Source of the DNA: an uncultured Planctomycetia bacterium
Lineage (GTDB): Bacteria > Omnitrophota > Gorgyraeia > Tantalellales > Tantalellaceae
Assembly (NCBI GenBank): GCA_964527765.1
Contig: CAZGQR010000001.1
Span: forward strand, 25,961-89,960
Direction of reading: 5' to 3'
DNA length: 64,000 nt
Positions 60,704-64,000 of this stretch are shown here, one piece after another. Under the pieces are notes generated by a model. The model saw nothing but the letters and a program-made list of their open reading frames with translations. It did no database searches and was not told where the DNA came from. Numbering within the stretch: position 1 is the stretch's first letter; each line of letters opens with the position of its first letter. The translations under genes were made by a program, and so were the position numbers.

Positions 60704-61444
60704 CTAAACGATCCCCGTCAGGTATTCCACAAAATCCACTGTTATGGGGCAAAAATAAACATGGAAATTCTCTGCTGTTGTGTGCTGAAGCATCTTCCTG
60801 GCAAAGTCCTTGTTCCAATCCATCGTACATTCGAAATCACGGGGAAACCTGATATTGTTCTTTGTCTCCCAATAATGTTTCGACGATTCCCTGATGACCG
60901 GAGCTACCCCCCAGAAAACCTGGGTATCCCCCAGCTTTTTCGCGTAATCTTCCATCAGTTCAAAATCAAAGAAAGGCTGAGTAAAAAATCCGTCCGCGCC
61001 GGCCGCCCTCTTCCGGCTGACATATTCCATCTCTTCTTCGAAACTCGACCTCCACTGATCGATCGCAGCGTAGACCGTGAGCTCCGGCGCTTCGCGTTTT
61101 ATCTTCTCTATAAGTTCGATCGAGGTGCAGGGGAAATCGCTTTTGGAGACTATTTCGGGATTGTCTCCCAGCACGACCAGCACTTCCCTGATACCGTTTT
61201 TGGCGAAAAAATCCCTGTAAGAAAAAGGTTCTTCCTTGTTGATCGAGACCGCGCGTATATGAGGGACGATCCTGGAAAAATAAGAAACGGCCACCCCGCA
61301 TGCTTCCGGGATACGCACGTCAAATTTAAGTATGTCCGGTATGTTCAGGGTATCGATACTGGAAAATCTTTCCCTCACCATTTCCAGTTCCCCGGCGAAA
61401 GACTCCTTGCTCCGCGGGACCAATTCCAGCGATATTCTGCCCAT
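60704..61444 (-). CDS. Methylenetetrahydrofolate reductase-family protein (short MetF-like)
   Basis: 246 aa. An N-terminus ISLELVPR (versus SFEFFPP in MetF) and a TIM-barrel-like pattern. It sits next to folD, fchA and fhs. Confidence 0.5.
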   Translation of the reverse strand: MGRISLELVPRSKESFAGELEMVRERFSSIDTLNIPDILKFDVRIPEACGVAVSYFSRIVPHIRAVSINKEEPFSYRDFFAKNGIREVLVVLGDNPEIVSKSDFPCTSIELIEKIKREAPELTVYAAIDQWRSSFEEEMEYVSRKRAAGADGFFTQPFFDFELMEDYAKKLGDTQVFWGVAPVIRESSKHYWETKNNIRFPRDFECTMDWNKDFARKMLQHTTAENFHVYFCPITVDFVEYLTGIV

Positions 61445-61459
61445 CTTCTCCTCTCAATA

Positions 61460-62323
61460 TCATGATCCGGGATTCTGATCCACGTATGCCCTCAAGACAT
61501 TCCGCATAAGTATAGACACGGTAACCGGCCCGACACCCCCGGGAACCGGAGTTATGGCCGAAGCCCGCTCGGCAACCTCCGAGAAATTTACATCCCCGAC
61601 TATCCCGCCGTTCACCTTGTTGATGCCGACATCTATCACCACCGCGCCTTCGGCGACCCAGTCGCTCCTGACCATCTCGGCTTTGCCCACTGCGACAACC
61701 AGGATATCCGCCCTCCTGGCGTGTTCCTGAAGGTTTCCGCTTTCCGCTGTCCCTATGTGGCACACTGTCGTCGTGGCCATCTCGTTCAGCATCATCAGGC
61801 TCAGCGGCTTTCCCACGATAGCCGAGTGACCTACGATCACGACTTCCTTTCCGTCCAGGTCTATGTCGTGAACGCGCAATATTTTCATTACGGCCCCCGG
61901 TGTGCACGGAACGATATCCGCCTCCCTCCTGAATATCTTTCCGAGGTTACACGGGTGTACGCCTTCGGCATCCTTTTCCGGCGCTATGCTTGAGGCGACC
62001 TTTCCGTGATCCATGCCTTCAGGAAGAGGTTTTTGCACGATGATCGCCGTTACCGTATCATCCGCGTTCAGTTCTTTGATCTTCCCGATAAAAGCTCCCT
62101 GCGAAATATTCTCATCCAGCTCGTGGGGGCTGAACTCTATACCGACGGACTCAGCCGCTTTTTTCTGCATGTTGAGAAAAATCTGCGCATCCTCACTGCG
62201 GCCTATCATAAGGGATGCGAGTTTAAGGGGAGCGCCGGAGGAGGGGCAAAGTTTCCGGATCTCATTTTTTACCGCGGCATTGATCTCCTGCGCTATCTTC
62301 CTGCCGTCAATTAATTTCGCCAT
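61460..62323 (-). CDS. folD: Bifunctional methylene-THF dehydrogenase / methenyl-THF cyclohydrolase
   Basis: 287 aa starting MAKLIDGRKIAQEI, with GHSAIVGKPL and PGGVGPVT motifs. Confidence 0.9.
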   Translation of the reverse strand: MAKLIDGRKIAQEINAAVKNEIRKLCPSSGAPLKLASLMIGRSEDAQIFLNMQKKAAESVGIEFSPHELDENISQGAFIGKIKELNADDTVTAIIVQKPLPEGMDHGKVASSIAPEKDAEGVHPCNLGKIFRREADIVPCTPGAVMKILRVHDIDLDGKEVVIVGHSAIVGKPLSLMMLNEMATTTVCHIGTAESGNLQEHARRADILVVAVGKAEMVRSDWVAEGAVVIDVGINKVNGGIVGDVNFSEVAERASAITPVPGGVGPVTVSILMRNVLRAYVDQNPGS

Positions 62324-62337
62324 GTCAATCCTCTGGG

Positions 62338-62934
62338 TTACTTGCGTTTTTTTAAGGCCGTGTTCACCTTATGGTCCGCGATATCCATTTCCTTCCCCAT
62401 GGCCTTAAGCTCTTTCCCGGCCTTTTCGACGAACGAACGGTCCTTGATATGCTCAAGGTTAACTTCCGCGTTAAGCCGCGCGGAATAAAAAGCTGCTTTC
62501 AGGATATGCGCCGCGCATCCTACGTCCGTCATCAGTTTCTCATTGGCTTTCCCGGCAAGATAAGCCGTTATATCCATGGATATCCCGCATTCACGGCATG
62601 TTTCCATCGGCACGGCGGCCGCGATAATGTATTCTTTCTCTGTGTCATGCCCGGCTTGCAGCGCTTCCATAAGCTCCCGAAACGCCTTGCAGTCTTCGTC
62701 CACCAGCAACGAAAGACGGTCCATGCTCTTCTGCTGCCGCTCCCTGGCAGACAGGAGCCCCTGCGCCGCCTCTCGGGAAGCGCCGGGTCTTATGCTGTAG
62801 CTTATGACCATCAGATTAAGTCCGGCACCCAGTGCCGCGGTGAGCGCTGAAGCGCTCCCTCCCCCCGGAACTATGCTTCGCTCCGACAATCCCTTAAGGT
62901 ACTTTTCGACCGTGCCCTGTAAATAATCCTGCAT
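62338..62934 (-). CDS. fchA: Methenyl-THF cyclohydrolase / formimino-THF cyclodeaminase (FTCD_C family)
   Basis: 198-aa all-alpha protein with SIVPGGGSASALTAALGAGL, typical of the cyclodeaminase domain. Confidence 0.65.
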   Translation of the reverse strand: MQDYLQGTVEKYLKGLSERSIVPGGGSASALTAALGAGLNLMVISYSIRPGASREAAQGLLSARERQQKSMDRLSLLVDEDCKAFRELMEALQAGHDTEKEYIIAAAVPMETCRECGISMDITAYLAGKANEKLMTDVGCAAHILKAAFYSARLNAEVNLEHIKDRSFVEKAGKELKAMGKEMDIADHKVNTALKKRK

Positions 62935-62939
62935 GTCCC

Positions 62940-64000
62940 TTAAAATAGTCCTTTTATACTGCCGGTTTTAACGTCCACATCGATACCGGTCCCCCTCGGG
63001 GTTTTCGGCAGGCCCGGCATCGTGTTGACCCCCTCGCACCTCACCACTACGTAACCGGCTCCCGCCGCTATCTCGATATCTTCAACAGCGAGCTTAAACC
63101 CCCTGGGGCGGCCTTTTTTATTCGGGTTATTGGAAAGCGAAAGATGCGACTTCGCCATGCATATCGGTAGCTGATCAAGCTTGGCCTTCTCCAGCCTTTT
63201 AATGCTTGCCTCGGCCTGTTCGGAATATTTGACCTCGCTTGCTCCGTACATCGATTTGGCGACCCGCTCGATCTTGCTTTTTAAGTTCATGTCTACCGGA
63301 TAAAGATATCTCATTTTGGGTTTCTCGTGCGCAGCTTTGATCACAGCGCGGGCCAGTTCCACTCCCCCTTTACTTCCGAGTTTATAGATCTCGCTGACGG
63401 CCACGCCCTGGACGTCAAGCGCTTCGGCGCGCCTGATGACCACATCAAGTTCTTTCCTGGTATCGGAATCAAACCTGTTGATGCAGACCACCACCGGGAC
63501 CCCGAACATCTTCAGGTTTTCCACCTGCTTCTCCAGGTTCGAACATCCTCTGTCAACCGCGGAAAGATTCTCTTTCTTGAGCTCAGACGGCATCGAAGTT
63601 CCCTTAAACGCAAAATCGCCGCTGTGCACTTTAAGCGCCCTGACGGAACAGTTGATCACGACCACGTCCGGCTTGAGCTTCGATTGCCGGCACTTTATGT
63701 CGATGAATTTTTCGGCTCCCAGATCGGCGCCAAACCCGCTCTCGGTCACGGTATAATCCGCCAGTTTCAGGGCTATCTTATCAGCGATGACCGAACTCGA
63801 ACCGTGCGAAACATTAGCAAAAGATCCCGTATGGACAAAACACGGCGTATGTTCGGTGGTCTGCATAAGATTAGGGTTCAGGGCTTCCTTCATCAGGACC
63901 GTCATGGCACCCGCGACCTTAACGCCCTCTGCCGTAACGGGGTTCTTATCCTTGTTAAACCCGACAACAACCCTTCCGAGGCGCGCCCGTAGATCCTTCA
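62940..64000 (-). CDS. fhs: Formate--tetrahydrofolate ligase, C-terminal ~350 aa (gene continues past window end)
   Basis: ORF track 62940..63905 (321 aa), but the frame stays open to the window end. FTHFS signatures are present (DIKCRQSKLKPDVVVI, MPGLPKTP). Confidence 0.85.
   Translation of the reverse strand, partial: KDLRARLGRVVVGFNKDKNPVTAEGVKVAGAMTVLMKEALNPNLMQTTEHTPCFVHTGSFANVSHGSSSVIADKIALKLADYTVTESGFGADLGAEKFIDIKCRQSKLKPDVVVINCSVRALKVHSGDFAFKGTSMPSELKKENLSAVDRGCSNLEKQVENLKMFGVPVVVCINRFDSDTRKELDVVIRRAEALDVQGVAVSEIYKLGSKGGVELARAVIKAAHEKPKMRYLYPVDMNLKSKIERVAKSMYGASEVKYSEQAEASIKRLEKAKLDQLPICMAKSHLSLSNNPNKKGRPRGFKLAVEDIEIAAGAGYVVVRCEGVNTMPGLPKTPRGTGIDVDVKTGSIKGLF

Noticed and set aside
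60482-61465. 327-aa plus-strand ORF spanning panB, the metF-like gene and folD
   Set aside because: It crosses three confidently called minus-strand genes and is an artefact of the high GC at codon position 3.

Overview
This is a 64-kb chromosomal segment of an unidentified bacterium, by eye about 50% GC. It is dense, mostly minus-strand housekeeping DNA with one compositionally deviant accessory segment.

Left to right, the window holds:
- dnaG (5' part), Nif3-like, cvpA, mtaB, rsmE, and a signal-peptide-bearing Memo-AMMECR1 fusion;
- tRNA-Ala(CGC), an HDAC-family deacetylase, and three small proteins;
- tonB-exbD-exbB with an 815-aa TPR protein, then uvrA;
- an AT-rich island of about 8 kb (15.7-24.6 kb) encoding a c-di-GMP/two-component module: an XRE-cupin regulator, two HisKA_7TM-type kinases, three REC-only response regulators, a GAF-HD-GYP phosphodiesterase, a putative PilZ-methyltransferase fusion and an excisionase-family HTH;
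- pgpA, pgsA, rimO, rodZ, ftsK, uppP, dut, pnp, rpsO, ribF, truB, nrnA, rbfA, a DUF503 protein and a DHH-CBS-CCA-adding enzyme fusion;
- xerD, an MBL hydrolase, a metallophosphoesterase and tRNA-Pro(CGG);
- a riboflavin operon (ribBA-ribH-nusB-PHP-ribD-ribE) preceded by an FMN riboswitch with an intrinsic terminator;
- groESL with a perfect CIRCE element and a consensus promoter;
- coaX, birA, an M50 site-2 protease, a second HD-GYP, hflKC, tRNA-Met(CAU), mnmA, apbE and panB;
- a folate one-carbon cluster (metF-like, folD, fchA, 3' part of fhs).

The intergenic elements with no obvious function are an 88-bp palindromic unit repeated about 2.7 times between ribBA and ribH, and a 24-bp unit repeated about 3.7 times upstream of rpsO. 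No CRISPR array, rRNA, transposase or phage genes were seen. All calls come from reading the sequence and ORF translations by eye; no searches were run.
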